A stretch of DNA of 64,000 nucleotides from Chiloscyllium plagiosum (lineage: Eukaryota), in NCBI RefSeq assembly GCF_004010195.1, contig NC_057746.1:26556070-26620069 (forward strand), given 5' to 3'. The notes below the pieces were generated by a model that ran no database searches, was not told where the DNA came from, and saw only the letters and a program-made list of their open reading frames with translations. Positions 25,321 through 37,850 of this stretch are shown piece after piece. The position numbers and the translations under genes were made by a program. The stretch's first letter is position 1, and every line of letters starts with the position of its first letter.

Positions 25321-26144
25321 AGTAACCGAAAACGAAGTGGTTAGGTAAAAGGTCAATAGCAAGCGGGCATAATTTTAAGATAAAGCGCAGGAGGTTGAGA
25401 GGGCAATACAGAATTCTTTTTTTTCGAGTGGCTAGAATCCGGAATAAATCGCCTGGGAGGGTAGGCGAGAAATCACAACCTTTAAAAAATATTTAGATGA
25501 ATACTTGAAATCTCATAGCATTCGGTGCCTGGGCCACGTGCTGGGAATTGGGATTCGGTCCCATAGGCCAGAACAGGCTCAATGGGCCGAAGGGCCTTTT
25601 CGGTGCTGCATGATGTTATAATCCCGCCTCTTTACGAATAATCCAATTGTACTCTTTCAACCATCTTCTGTTCTTTCTCCGTAGCCTTGCATATTTATTT
25701 GAATTAAAATATTTGGTGCAAGTTAATGCCATTTTCTTGTCTGTTTTATAGGGATTGTTAGCTTCCAGTATGAAAAATTGATCCGCTGTCCTTTCCCTGG
25801 TGACAACCCTGTAGGTCATTTTAAGAAAATGTATTTTCTTGGAAGCACCCCTTTTCTTCTTTAGCGAAAGTAGGTACATTGTAAAATTTATAGTTTTCAA
25901 ACTTCCCTGAGCACATCTAAAAAAAACACAAAATACCGGAAAAGTTCTTACATCAGGCTGCAGGTAGTGTATTAACTGAAGCGCTTCACGGCATCTTGTG
26001 GCACTGTTTTCTCTCTCTCTGTCTCTTTTACCCTCTTTCCTCCTTATCATCGCCTTTCCTCTCCCGCCCCTTTCGCCTTGCCCCTCCTTCCCGAACCCTT
26101 CACCTCCCACCACCATCCTTCTTTCCACTCTATGTTGCTTGAAC

Positions 26145-26450
26145 ATCACACAACACCAGATTATAGTCCAGCAGGCTTATTTGGAAGCACTAGCTTTCGG
26201 AGCGCTGCTCCTTCATCGGGTGATTGTGGAGAATAAGATTCAGGTCTTTTTCAATGTATAATTTCAGTTGCATCACACTGTAAACTTTTGCTATAAATGA
26301 TGTGCCTTACAATCTTATTCTCCACAATCACCTGATGAAGAAGCAGCGCTCCGAAAGCTAGTGCTTCCAAATAAACCTGTTGGACTATAACCTGGTGTTG
26401 CGTGATTTTTAACTTAGTACACCCCATTCCAACACCGGCGTCTCCAAATC
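26145..26450. mobile_element. Palindromic Penelope pLTR element, family B (also 27458-27870, 30822-31024, 31768-31960, 53210-53335)
   Basis: inverted arms caacaccaggttatagtccaacagg / cctgttggactataacctggtgttg with ctgatga..gaaagcta cores. Confidence 0.8.
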
Positions 26451-28679
26451 ACATATTGCTTGACAGTGTCTTAACATTCTTCAATCGCTCCGTTTAAAAT
26501 GGCACTGGAGTTGAGCTCGAGAGTCTGCTGGCTTGACCAAAATTTTCCGAATGTTTGCTCGCTTTTGGCAGACTGCTAGTATCTATAATGGGGTGACTGT
26601 CAAACTGATAAACAGGATGTTTACCCCCCCCCCCCCCCCTCCCCACTCCACCCAGAAACTAATTAGCACCGCCTGTTGCTCTGCAGTTGACCACACGAGG
26701 TGGTATTTTCAGCGCTAATAATAGATGGAGGAAGAATTTGCATTTCTCTCACCCGCGACTATGAGTGGGCCTCACAGCCACCCTCCAGACCAATGGACTA
26801 CTCTTGAGGCGAGCCGAGAGTGCATCTTGAAATATTGCTGTTGCAAACAATTGCCGAGTACCTGATCAGCTCCGTGACCTTTCTTGGGAAAGCTGGTTAG
26901 CAACACCACGAAAATATCACGCAACCTGAGTCTCAACAACGTCAGCAGTCTGTGTCCATTTCCAGTCATAGTTCATCCGAGACACAATGGACTGTAGATT
27001 CCGTGTTGGTTGGATGGTAACTGAGGTGCGCTGAGTTATAGATCTATGGAGTAGCACAGACTCTTCGGTCCAACTCGACCATGCCGAACAGATATCCTAA
27101 ATTAATCTAAACCCATTTGTCAGCACATCCCTCTAAACCCATCCTATTCATATACCCATCCAGAGCATTTTAAACGTTGTAATTGTATGAGCATCCACCA
27201 CTTCCTCTGGCAACATTTTCCGTACACGCACCACCCACTGCGTGAAAAAGTTGCTCCTTAGGCCCCTTTTAAATCATTCCCTTCTCATTTTAATCCCACG
27301 CCCTTAAGTTTTCCCTACCCTGGGAAAATATCTTAGCTATTCACTAATATGAATGCCCTTCATGATTTTAATAATCTCTAGAAGGTTATCCTTTAGCCTC
27401 CGATACTCCAGAGCCGCGGGTTATTAAACCTCTCCCTCTAGCTCCTCAAGATTGCCACGAGGTGTTGGACTGGGGTGGACAAAGTGAAAATTCACACAAC
27501 ACCGGGTTATAGTCCAACGGGTTTATTTGGAAGCACTAACATTCGGAGCGCTGCTCCTTCATCAGGTGGTTGTGGAGCAGGACCATAAGACACAGAATTT
27601 ATAGCAAAAGGTTACAGTGTCATGCAACTGAAATTAAACATTGAAGTGAACCGAAACGTGAAACCCATTCTAAAAGATGAAAGACTTAACAACAATCTCG
27701 GTTTGTTCAATTTATCATTTCAGTTGCATGACCATGTAATCTTTTGCAATGAATTCTGTGTCTTATATTTCTGCTCCACGACTACCTGATAAAGGGACAG
27801 CGCTCCGAAAGCTAGCGATTCTAAATAAACCTGTTGGCCTATAACTTGGTGTTGTGTGATTTTTAACTTTGTCCTCAAGATAGGACCGAGACAGAAAACA
27901 AGGGAAGTGCAGACCCGGAACCTGGCATCGGCCATCAGGAGCACTGCTGAAACCCATGATTAAAGAAGTGATAACTGGCAATTTAGGAAATGGTTTGATG
28001 GGAGGGGAATTATGTTTGACGAATTTATTCCGTATTTTTAACCATGTAACAATCATGGTATATAAAGTAGATTCAGGAGATGTAGTGCTTTTTGGTTATC
28101 ACGAGGAGAGCCCAGGAACCAGTGCTCCAATAGCAGTAAACCACAATCAATATTAGCAATGCAGAGGAAGGCTTTGCTAAGTGATGGCATACGCTGCGAG
28201 GCGGGAAAGTGAGTTGGGTCAACACAAATCCTCACAAGAGACGCAGGTATAGTGGACGAGAAGGTAACAGAGGCGGCGATGTAGAGATAAGACTTTTTAC
28301 CTCTCACTGGGGAAGGGAGTGGTGATGACGGAACATTCTTAGGCGGGAGGGAGAGGAGGCTGGTTCTTCAAAATGCATTCTAAGCTGACTCAGGCAACTT
28401 TTTTGGGGGCAGGCACGGGCGTCTGGAGTTGTGGAGGCGTAGGCAGGAAGGTCAAATTGAGATCACAACAAGAGCAAGCGTGATCTGATTGAATGATGGA
28501 GCAGACTCAAGGGGCCGAACGGCCTCCTCCTGCTCCTCGGGCTTGCGTTCCCATGCGCTGAAGCATAACACCAGAATATAAGGCAACATAGACCCGGCAG
28601 ATTGTACAAAGCAGTCGCTTTGAGCACCATGTGCTCAAAAGGTTACCCTGGTCAACTTTGACATGGTCAGACCATCTAA

Positions 28680-28960
28680 AAGCTTCTTCACGGGAACTGA
28701 AATTCTCCCGGGAAGAAGGCGAGTTAGCAAAATAATAAAAAAAAGCAGAAGACCCGCTAGCAGTAACGTTTTCAATCTTGCAACCATGACCCTGTGTGAA
28801 CCGGGTAATTTAATTTCCGTCCTCACTTCCTGCCCTCCTAAACTTGGCACGAGCCCAAGCTGCCTAATACGGTGATTTTGCGAGCTCAGACCGGTCAAGC
28901 AAACCTTGAGTCGAGAGGTCAGCCTACACCGTCAACAGAGCAGCTCGCCGCTGTGGGGAA
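28680..28960 (+). promoter_or_regulatory. Putative promoter of the NCR3-like gene
   Basis: CpG-containing non-repeat DNA directly 5' of the leader. ETS/PU.1 motif ACTTCCTG at 28825-28832 and TTC-N4-GAA (STAT6-type) at 28687-28696. Confidence 0.45.
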
Positions 28961-29021
28961 ATGACCAGGAATGTGCGATCTGTCCCTGCCTTGGTCCTAA
29001 TGTCTTTCTTCTTGACCACAG
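28961..29021 (+). CDS. NCR3/NKp30-like Ig receptor, exon 1 signal peptide (MTRNVRSVPALVLMSFFLTT)
   Basis: ATG, hydrophobic core, phase-1 donor G|gtaaga compatible with the V exon. Confidence 0.85.
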
Positions 29022-29488
29022 GTAAGATTTCAATGTTTCCCCATGCATTCCTGAGGAGAATTGGGGAGTTAGTGGGAGGAGGGGAATGGTGTTGGTGGGA
29101 AATGACGGGGCTGGGGGTGTTGTTGGATGATTTACGGAGTTCCAAACGCACCAATCCGTGTTCAGGGTCTCCGATCATCTCGGGAACTCTTGAAACCGAG
29201 ATTCCAATGGCACCAAAGCAAAAGTTGCTGATACAACTCAGTAGGTCTGGCAGCATCTGTGAAGAAACATCACAGTCGACGTTTCCTCAGGACTGCTTAT
29301 TTTTTAAAAGGGAAGAACATTGGGACAGACAAAGGAGTTGCTAACGATCTGGTTAGGAAGGTGAATACTGTTACTGGAGACGGTTAGTGGCCAACAATAG
29401 GTAGCGTCTAACGGCATGTGTATAGTGCAATGGGTTCACGTAGTGTGAAATGAATCCAAGGTAACGGTTGAAGTCATTGTACTGCATA

Positions 29489-29722
29489 TACACACACACA
29501 CACACACACACATAGATGGACATACACACAGACGGACACACAGGCGGACACACAGGCGGACACACACAGACAGACGCACACAGGCGGACACACACAGACA
29601 GACGCACACACGCGCACACACACTCACGCAGACCTTCTCTCATACGCTCACACTTAACACACTCTCACAGAGCTACACCCGTTTACACTCACACACACAC
29701 ACACAGCCACATGCACACATAC
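29489..29722. repeat. (CA)n-rich compound microsatellite
   Basis: direct reading; similar GT/CT tracts at 5267-5314, 22361-22432 and 30600-30670. Confidence 0.9.
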
Positions 29723-29744
29723 ACTTATAAGTTTGAGGGGTGCT

Positions 29745-30130
29745 ATGTGATCACAAGCCCGGTGTGTGGGGTAGGAGGCTAAGGCATGGAGGGAGTTCAG
29801 ATCTTAAAGTTATTGAACTCGATATTGAGTCCGGATGGCTGCAGGATTTCCAAATGGAAAATGAGGTGCTGCGCTTCCAGCTTGCGCTGCAGGAAGCCTG
29901 AGGCAGAGACGTTGGCCAGGGAACAGAGCGATGTGTTAAAGTGGCAGGCGACTGGAAGTTTAGGGCATTGTTTTTTGTGGGAAGAACTTAGGTTTTGCGC
30001 TGCGGTCATCCAGTCTTCGCTTCGTTGCCCCAGGGAAGAGGAGACAAGATTGTGAGCAACGAATGCAGTCAACTGGATTGAATGAAGTGCAGGTAAAGCA
30101 CTACTTCACCTGGAAGGTATGTTTGGGCCT

Positions 30131-30132
<2 letters not shown>
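29745..30132 (-). mobile_element. Degenerate Penelope-like fragment in receptor intron 1
   Basis: LPVACHFN..QRKLEAQHLIFHL.ILQPSGLNIEFNNF. Confidence 0.8.
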
Positions 30133-30179
<47 letters not shown>

Positions 30180-30250
30180 GAGGAGTGGGTGACCCAAGCA
30201 CAAAAACGAAACGACCGATGGCTGAAGCAAAGTTTTATTCCTAATAGCAG

Positions 30251-30568
30251 TTTACTCAAGTAAAGAAGAGGTACGGCAGTCGCCTCTTTCAGCCGAGTTT
30301 GTGGAAGGTCAGACCGCGACACTGAATTGCACCTTTGATCATCCTGGAGCCAAATCTTACAAATGGTTGAAAGATGATCTGAAAATACACCAAGCCATCA
30401 CAAAGTACCACGTGAGAGTAACTCAAAACAGTCAACTTTCCAACAATGAGCTGTTTATTTCTGTGCGGATCAGCGACCTCTCAGTATGCGATTCTGGGAC
30501 GTATTATTGCATCGTAGAGCAACTCGGCAGACAGTTTAAGGGAGCAGGAGCAAGTCTTATCGTGAGGC
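30251..30568 (+). CDS. NCR3/NKp30-like receptor, exon 2 germline-joined VJ-type Ig domain
   Basis: tagcag acceptor (phase 1), C|gtaaga donor. VRQSP..EGQTATLNC..W..ISDL..DSGTYYC..FKGAGASLIV gives V-set Cys/Trp/DxGxYxC plus a J-like GxG. Adjacent to AIF1, as NCR3 is in MHC class III. Confidence 0.92.
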
Positions 30569-31292
30569 GTAAGAGTTTTGTGCAACTTTGAGCGCTCGAG
30601 TGTGTTACTGTCTATTTGTGTGCGTCTATGTCTGGATGCATCTGTGTGTGTGTCTGTGTGTGTGTCACACACATATTCGTCCCCAAACAGACGCGCATAC
30701 ACTTCAGTGTCCTCGTATGGCAGCATCCCCAGGAGAACTGAATCTGTCTAACTCTGGGATCGTGTGTATTTGAGCGTGTATGCATGATATCGTACGTCTC
30801 TGTGTCAACGTCTATGTATATGTGATTTGGAGGAGACGGTGTTGGACTGGGGTGGATCACACAACACCAGGTTATAGTCCATCAGGTTTATTTGGAAGCG
30901 TTAGCTTTCGGAGCGCTGCTCCTTCATCAGGCGGTTGTCAACTACCTGATAAAGGAGCATCGATACAAAAGCTAGTGCTATCAAATAAACCCGTTGGACT
31001 ATAACCCGGTGTTGTGTGATTTTCAAATATGCATCTGTGCGTCTGGTGTGCCTCTGTGAGTTCGTGTATGTGACTTTGTGATTATGAGCACGCAGCCGGT
31101 GAGAAAAGGGCTGTGAGAGTGTTTGTCGTTGAGTGTGCGTCCGCGACTGTTACAGGAAATCGGCGTCAAGGCGCTAAGAAAGTCCAATGCTGAGATCCCC
31201 ATTGCTGAACGTGAAACGGCACGTTCTCGGAAAGAATTAACAGCCATTTGCTGAGGACGCTTGTCTAACTTTTGTTCCCATTACCATTGCAG

Positions 31293-31415
31293 GTGCTTCA
31301 CAAGAAAAACAATGCCCCCCCAATATCATACACATCGGGGCGGCTGCAGCAGTGCTGTCGGTGCTTTGCATTGCACTAATTGCAGTGTCGGTGAAACTCA
31401 GGCAACGAAATAAAG
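31293..31415 (+). CDS. NCR3-like receptor, exon 3 stalk + transmembrane (RASQEKQCPPNIIHIGAAAAVLSVLCIALIAVSVKLRQRNK)
   Basis: ttgcag acceptor, G|gtattt donor, phase 1-1. ~22-aa hydrophobic helix followed by basic stop-transfer residues. Confidence 0.9.
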
Positions 31416-32909
31416 GTATTTCATTTACTCCATTTATTATTGTTTGGACTACGCAGGAGCCCCGGTCCTACATAAACTTTAAATACGCGCCTGCACGGTC
31501 CTCGCTGTTTCGAGAGGAAATTTTCTGCACGCCCCACCTAGACCACCGCAAAAGCAGGTGATCACATCTAACAGGAGCGGTTCACGTAGATAGACCGTTA
31601 TCCCGTCTCCAAAGTCAACTAGGTATGGGCAATAAACGTTGCTTTGCCAGTAACACACACACACATGCCGAGGGGAGTTAAAAAAAATTCTTTATAATCA
31701 GAAGCATAGATAATTTCTGGTCAATCTGTTCAGAACATTTTTTTTACTGCTACAAATTGATTTAAGTTTAAAATCACATAACACCAGGTTATAGTCCAAC
31801 AGGTTTATTTGGAAGCACTGCCTCTCGCTAGGTCACAACCACCTGTTGAAGGAGCAGCGGTCCGAAAGCTAGTGCTTCCAAATAAACCTGCTAGACTATA
31901 ACCTGATGTTGTGTAACTTTTAACTTTGTTCACCCCAATCCAGCACCGTCATCTGCCAATCAAAAATTGATTTAACTGCTTTTTTATGCGCTCTTCAAGT
32001 TACTTTCGAGACAGGAAGATGCCATCATATTTTTGCTGAAACCATTTAATCGATTATTGCTGTGAACTCTTGTGCTTTGAGCCGGCGTGCCACATTTTCA
32101 CCTTTTGGTTTTGAAACTGGTAATGCTGAAACCAGACTGTCCCATGACCACGTAGAAATCCAGTCCGTAATTTCCAAGATCGATATACTGGTGGATTCAA
32201 TAACTCTTGTTGCAAAAGTTGCTCTTCTGCTGTTCATATATCCCAGCCTTTAGACCCTTCACTACAATTTCTTCAACTTTGAGCTCCTCGGATTGTGCAA
32301 TGAGCAATCTTCTAATGCTAAATGATCGCTCGGGCATAGCGAGTTTTGGAAAGCGCACGTGGGTCTTGAACCTGGCAGGGACATTATCACGGTGCAACGA
32401 GGACTCTTAAAAGTGGGCCATATAGCATATTTAGTCATCAGTGTAGGTGTAGAATATATACTAGCATACCACGCTACTCAAACGCACCAATGGAGCAAGT
32501 GGGACTCGAACGCCTGTCTTCTAGCTCAGAATTAGGGATACCACCATTGTGCCACCAGAGGCCTATGCGTACAGCGTATAAAGTACAGTCAACGCCAATC
32601 GTGTGTGAGAGATATGGTCTGATAGTGACAATTTTACGCAGTAGCTGCAAAAGTGAAATAAATTTGAATCACCGTCATGACGTTTAATGCTTATTGTTGT
32701 GAATTGGGAGGAACCATGGAATTGGGGCGAGCTATGTATGAGTAGGAGTGCAGTGACAATCTTGCCGCTATCACGCGTTCATGTCTATTGGGAGTTACAT
32801 TTCCAACTGGGAGTTATAGGTATACACGCCGAGCATTGAAACTGCCATTCAAATACTCATCCTATGTTCACATTGAACCTGTTTGTGATTCTCTTTTTTT
32901 TCTTTGCAG

Positions 32910-32928
32910 CCTGCATTGCTCTTCAGAG
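32910..32928 (+). CDS. NCR3-like receptor, 19-nt cytoplasmic micro-exon (ACIALQR)
   Basis: long pyrimidine tract + cag, AG|gtgagt donor, phases 1-2 fit both neighbours. Confidence 0.75.
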
Positions 32929-33096
32929 GTGAGTTCATATACTAGTTTAGTTTACACTAGTCCTCTGTTTTCTCTCTGATCTGTAAGTGAACCATCCCTC
33001 TCGGTCTCTATGGCCCTGATTCTGACTTGCAATGAGATGTAAAAATATTCCATTGACGAATACATTTTGTTAATCATGTTTTTTCATCTCCCACAG

Positions 33097-33131
33097 GCAG
33101 TTTGTTGCATACATCACCGAAAAGTCAACAG
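33097..33131 (+). CDS. NCR3-like receptor, cytoplasmic exon (QFVAYITEKST)
   Basis: catctcccacag acceptor, G|gtaact donor, phases 2-1. Confidence 0.75.
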
Positions 33132-33900
33132 GTAACTGATTTCTAACTTGCAGAAGGGAAACTTGTCCGATCACAAATTGACTTGAATGAAACCTCTCTT
33201 TGGCCCACTCTCGCTCACTATTTCAAAGCATTTTACCTTCTTAGATACGTAAGCGACCTGTCCTTGACTTTGTCAAGGCTAAATTCACTCAGACATGAAC
33301 CTTTCTCATGAACACGCTCTCAGCATTATAGGATTGGAATTTTTCTTTGTTTAGCTGTTACATCTGTTACAATAACTTCCAAGTTTTACTTAGGCACCAA
33401 CAATCTTATTGATCCACTTCCGTCATTTTTGTAAACATTGCACTCTTCCTCTTGTGAGATGTATCAAGTTTCTCCTTAGTTGTCCTTTTAACCCTGTCGA
33501 TATCAATATATTTACCTTCCTTCCCCTCTTCCCAACACCCCCACTGCATCAACCCTAACACACATCCGATATTTGCTCACATTGTTTACAAAGGAATTCC
33601 ATTCAGAATCTGAATGCTGACTGATCTTCTCTAGATATATGTTTTAAAATTCAGGCCAGATGCACTATTTCAGTCAATTGACTCAATAAGGAAAGGATAG
33701 GGACCTCACCGGTAGGAAGGTCATCGAATCACTGAGTTATACAGGCAGGAACAAACCCATGACCGAGCATGCGATGAAGAGATTTTTGTTGGAACTGTAG
33801 CTAATTGTATGATCTGGAATGTATAGTACGAAAGTGCTGTCAGAGCAGACTCAATTGTAATATCTCAGAAAGGGACTGAATATATAAGCTCAAACTAGGA

Positions 33901-34593
33901 TTTTTTTTTTTGGTAGGGAGTTTGTTAAGTGTGACCAAAGCAAGGAGGTAAATGAATTTGGGAACAGATGATATGACATGTCAGGCGTGAGGGGCAGTAT
34001 GGTCATTTTGTGTTCCCACATTGAGAAAAAAAAATTAGCAATGCTGAAAATGCACAGCAGCATCTGAAAGCGGCAGAATAATTATTCTTCTAAAATGAAG
34101 CCACAGAGGGGTTATGCTCGAAAACAAATTATCGGTGTGTTAGATGCAGTGGAGAAATACTGTTATCTTTGCATTTCCCCATTTTTAGTCATTGTAAATT
34201 TACATTTCATTAACTAAAATCTATGCAGAGAATATTAGATGCCCCACAAGTACACTATGTCCTAATTCTGCACCACCCCCCCCCCCAAACAGAAGTCAAT
34301 TTGCAGAACATTCAGGATCAATCTTAAGCAATCCCACATTTGAGTTCACATGTATGATAATGTATGCATATCGATATAGATTCTGTTTGCTATTTCTGTT
34401 TGCGACAACATTAGTTAGTATGTTATGATTAAGAAAATAATCCTTACAATGTGCTTCTTGACAGTAAATAGCATCACATTTTCAAAAGTAATCAACATTG
34501 TTCTAAATACATACTTTGCAAATATGAAATATGTAGCAATTAATAAATTTTATTTGAAGGCTGAAGAATTTAGCCATGCAAGTTATCAGATTA
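33901..34593 (+). repeat. Direct duplication, copy 1 (~0.69 kb)
   Basis: colinear with 37847-38524, roughly 90% identical by eye. Confidence 0.92.
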
Positions 34594-34634
34594 CTCACAT
34601 TATTGACAATGGAATTGTATCCAGAATCTGCTGA

Positions 34635-37600
34635 AATGGAGGACGGGAAAAATTTCTGCTCCATTTTTGAGGTATTTTAGGTGCTGGAGGTGATTTCTTC
34701 GAATTCCAGGAGCAGCAATTTCTGATTTATATGGTGTTGCATTGTTTTGGAACTTTGGGGGAAAAAAGTCAAAACAACAGCAGTTTTAAAAAGGAGAAGA
34801 GCAGACAAAGGAAGCACATGATAAGGACAGTGCAGGAGAGAGAGAGAGAGAGATCCTGCACAGTTACTGCCTTTGCTGTTTTGAATTCATGTATCGCTGG
34901 ACATCGGAGTGCATCTGGGAAAATTAACAAACAGTGAAATTCACAACTAATATTGGAGGAACCGGTTTGGGTGAAGTTCACAGCACAGAATCATATAAGT
35001 TAATTGTTGTTTTAAGTGTGTCCAATAGAAAGGCTGCAGTAGTGAGTACAGTGGGTTCTTTCTTGATTATATGTTTTTGGAGATAAGTCTCTTGATTAAA
35101 CTTAAAATATAAGCCATAACTATTAATTTAACCTGGTGCAGTGTTTTGCAGAGGAATAAGACGGTGTTATTTTCTGGGTCTGTAGATTGTGCAGGAGCAA
35201 AAATGGCCTTTGCAGTGATATGTACTTCTTGCCAAATGTGGGAGTTTAAAGAGAGTTTAAGGGTTACTGTGGATTATATCTGCCATAAATGCTGTTGGAA
35301 GCGAATCTTATCAGATTGAATGGATCGGTTGGAGAGACAGTTAGAAGGGATGATGAATTTGCAACAGCAACAGTATGTGATGGATTGCAGTTAAAGGAAG
35401 GGGAAAAGTCTCAGATACAGTCACATAGATGGGTTAACTCCAGGAAAGGTAAGAGAGGTAGGCAGCTAGTGCATGACTCTTTTGTGGACATACCCATTTC
35501 AAACAGGTATGCTATTTTGGAAAATGTAGGGGGTGATGGATTCTCAGGGGAATGTAGCACGAACAGCCAAGTTTCTGGTACTGAGACTGGATCTAATGCA
35601 ATGAGGGGTATGTCGGCTTCCAAGAGATCAATTGTGTTATGGGATTCTGTAGTCCGAGGTACAGACAGACGATTCTGTGGCCAGCAGAGAAATAGCAGAA
35701 TGGTGTGTTTTTTTCCCTGGTGCCAGGATCAAGGATGTCTCAGAGAGGGTGAAGAATGTTCTCACAGGGGAGAGGGGCTAGCAGGAGGTCATTGTTCACA
35801 TTGGAACCAACGACATAGTAAGGGAAAAGGTTGAGACTCTGAAGGGAAATTACAGAGAGTTAGGCAGATATTTAAAAAGGAGGTCCTCAAGTGTAGTAAT
35901 ATCTGGATTACACCTAGTGCTACGAGCTAGTAAGGGCAGGAATAGGAGGACAGGGCAGATGAATGCATGGCTGAGGAGCTGGTGTATAGGAGAAGGATTC
36001 ACATTTTTGGATCATTGGAATCTCTTTTGGGGTAGAAGTGACCTGTACAAGAAGGATGGATTGCATCTAAATTGGAAGGGGACTAATATACTGGCTGGGA
36101 GATTTGCTAGAGTTCCTCGGGAGGATTTAAACTAGTAAGGTGGGGGAAATGAGTTGGGACCCAGGGAGATAGTGAGGAAAGAGATCAATCTGAGACTGGT
36201 ACGGTTGAGAACAGAAGTGAGTCAAACAGTCAGGGCAAGCTGGGACAAGGTAGGACTAATAAATTAAACTGCATTTATTTCAATGCAAGGGGCCTAACAG
36301 GGAAGGCAGATGATCTCAGGGCATGGTTAGGAACATGGGATTGGGATATCATAGCAATTACAGAAACATGGCTCAGGAATGGGGAGGACTGGCAGCTTAA
36401 TGTTCTGTGATACAAATGCTACAGGAAAGATAGAAAGGGAGGCAAGAGAGGAGGGAGAGTGACATTTTTGATAAGGGATAGCATTACAGCTATGCTGAGG
36501 GAGGATATTCCCGGAAATACATCCAGGGAAGTTATTTGGGTGGAACTGAGAAATAAGGAAGGGATGATCACCTTATTGGTATTGTATTATAGACCTCCTA
36601 ATAGTCAGAGAGAAATTGAGAAACAAACTTGTAAGGAGATCTCAGCTATCTGTAAGAATAATAGGGTTTGTCATAGTAGGGGATTTTATCTTTTCAAACA
36701 TCGACTGGGACTGCCATAGCGTTAAAGGTTTAGATGGATAGGAATTTCTTAAGTGTGCACAAGGCAGTTTTCTGAATCAGTATGTGGATGCACCTACCAG
36801 AGAAGGTGCAAACCTTGACCTACTCCCTTGACCTACTCTTGGGAAATAAGGCAGGGCAGGTGACTGAGGTGTCAATGGGAGAGCACTTTGAGACCATAAT
36901 TCTATTCGTTTTAAAATAGTGATGGAAAAGGATAGACCAGATCTAAAAGTTGAAGTTCTAAATTGGAGAAAGGCCAATTTTGACGGTATTAGGCAAGAAC
37001 TTTCGAAAGCTGATTGGAGGCTGTTGTTCGTAGGTAAAGGGATGGCTGGAAAATGGGAAGCCTTCAAAAATGAGATAACAAGAATCCGGAGAAAGTATAT
37101 TCCTGTCAGGGTGAAAGGGAAGGCTGGTAGGTATAGGGAATGCTGGATGACTAAAGAAATTGAGGGTTTGGTTAAGAAAAAGAAGCAAGCATATGTCAGG
37201 TATAGACAGGATATATCGAGAGAATCCTAAGAAGAGTATAAAGGAAGTAGGGGTATACTTAAGAGGGAAATCAGGAGGGTAAAAAGGGGTCATGAGATAG
37301 CTTTGGCAAGTAGAATTAAGGAGAATTCAAAAGGTTTTTACAAATATATTAAGGACAAAAGNNNNNNNNNNNNNNNNNNNNNNNNNNNNNNNNNNNNNNN
37401 NNNNNNNNNNNNNNNNNACAAACCAGGGAAGTATAGACCGGTGAGCCTGACCTCGGTGGTGGGCAAGTTGTTGGAGGGAATCCTGAGGGACAGGATGTAC
37501 ATGTATTTGGAAAGGCAAGGACTGATTAGGGATAGTTAACATGGCTTTGTGCATGGGGAATCATGTCTCACAAACTTGATTGAGTTTTTTGAAGAAGTAA

Positions 37601-37850
37601 CAAAGAGGGTTGATGAGGGCAGAAGAGTAGATGTGATCTATATGGACTTCAGTAAGGTGTTCGGCAAGGTTCCCCATGGGAGACTGATTAGCAAGGTTAG
37701 ATCTCATGGAACACAGGGGGAACTAGCCATTTGGATACAGAACTGACTCAAAGGTAGAAGACAGAGGGTGGTGGTGGAGGGTTGTTTTTCAGACTGGAGG
37801 CCTGTGACCAGTGGAGTGCCACAAGGATTTGTGCTGGGTCCTCTACTTTT
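34635..37850 (+). mobile_element. CR1-clade LINE, 5'-intact (5'UTR, ORF1 Zn-finger/SGNH esterase, ORF2 endonuclease + part of RT), 3'-truncated and inactivated
   Basis: ORF1 MAFAVICTSCQMW..ICHKC and DSVVRGTDRRFC; ORF2 CIYFNARG, YYRPPN, YRPVSLTSVVGK, DVIYMDFSK. Stops, frameshifts and an N gap at 37362-37417. Confidence 0.92.

Larger units (their letters stand above)
24050..27016 (+). pseudogene. Decayed Ig-V receptor gene: leader 24050-24101 (MEGNGSILALALVFFEV) and V pseudo-exon 26687-27016
   Basis: The leader ends in phase 1 at a T|gcgagt (degenerate) donor. The 330-nt segment has a branch point + ctgcag acceptor and a G|gtaact donor. Frameshifted motifs FSALIIDG..LT(R)DYEW..PMDYS..NNC..VCVHF parallel the 59.7 kb copy. 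Confidence 0.45.

Noticed and set aside
25752-25815. Extra exon (WIVSFQYEKLIRCPFPGDNPV) of a split V domain
   Set aside because: Good acceptor but weak donor, and 26687-27016 already has full V-exon length.
30251-30620. Rearranging TCR/Ig/NAR V segment
   Set aside because: V and the J-like GxG are in one exon, no heptamer-nonamer RSS was seen, and the next exon is a TM rather than a C domain.
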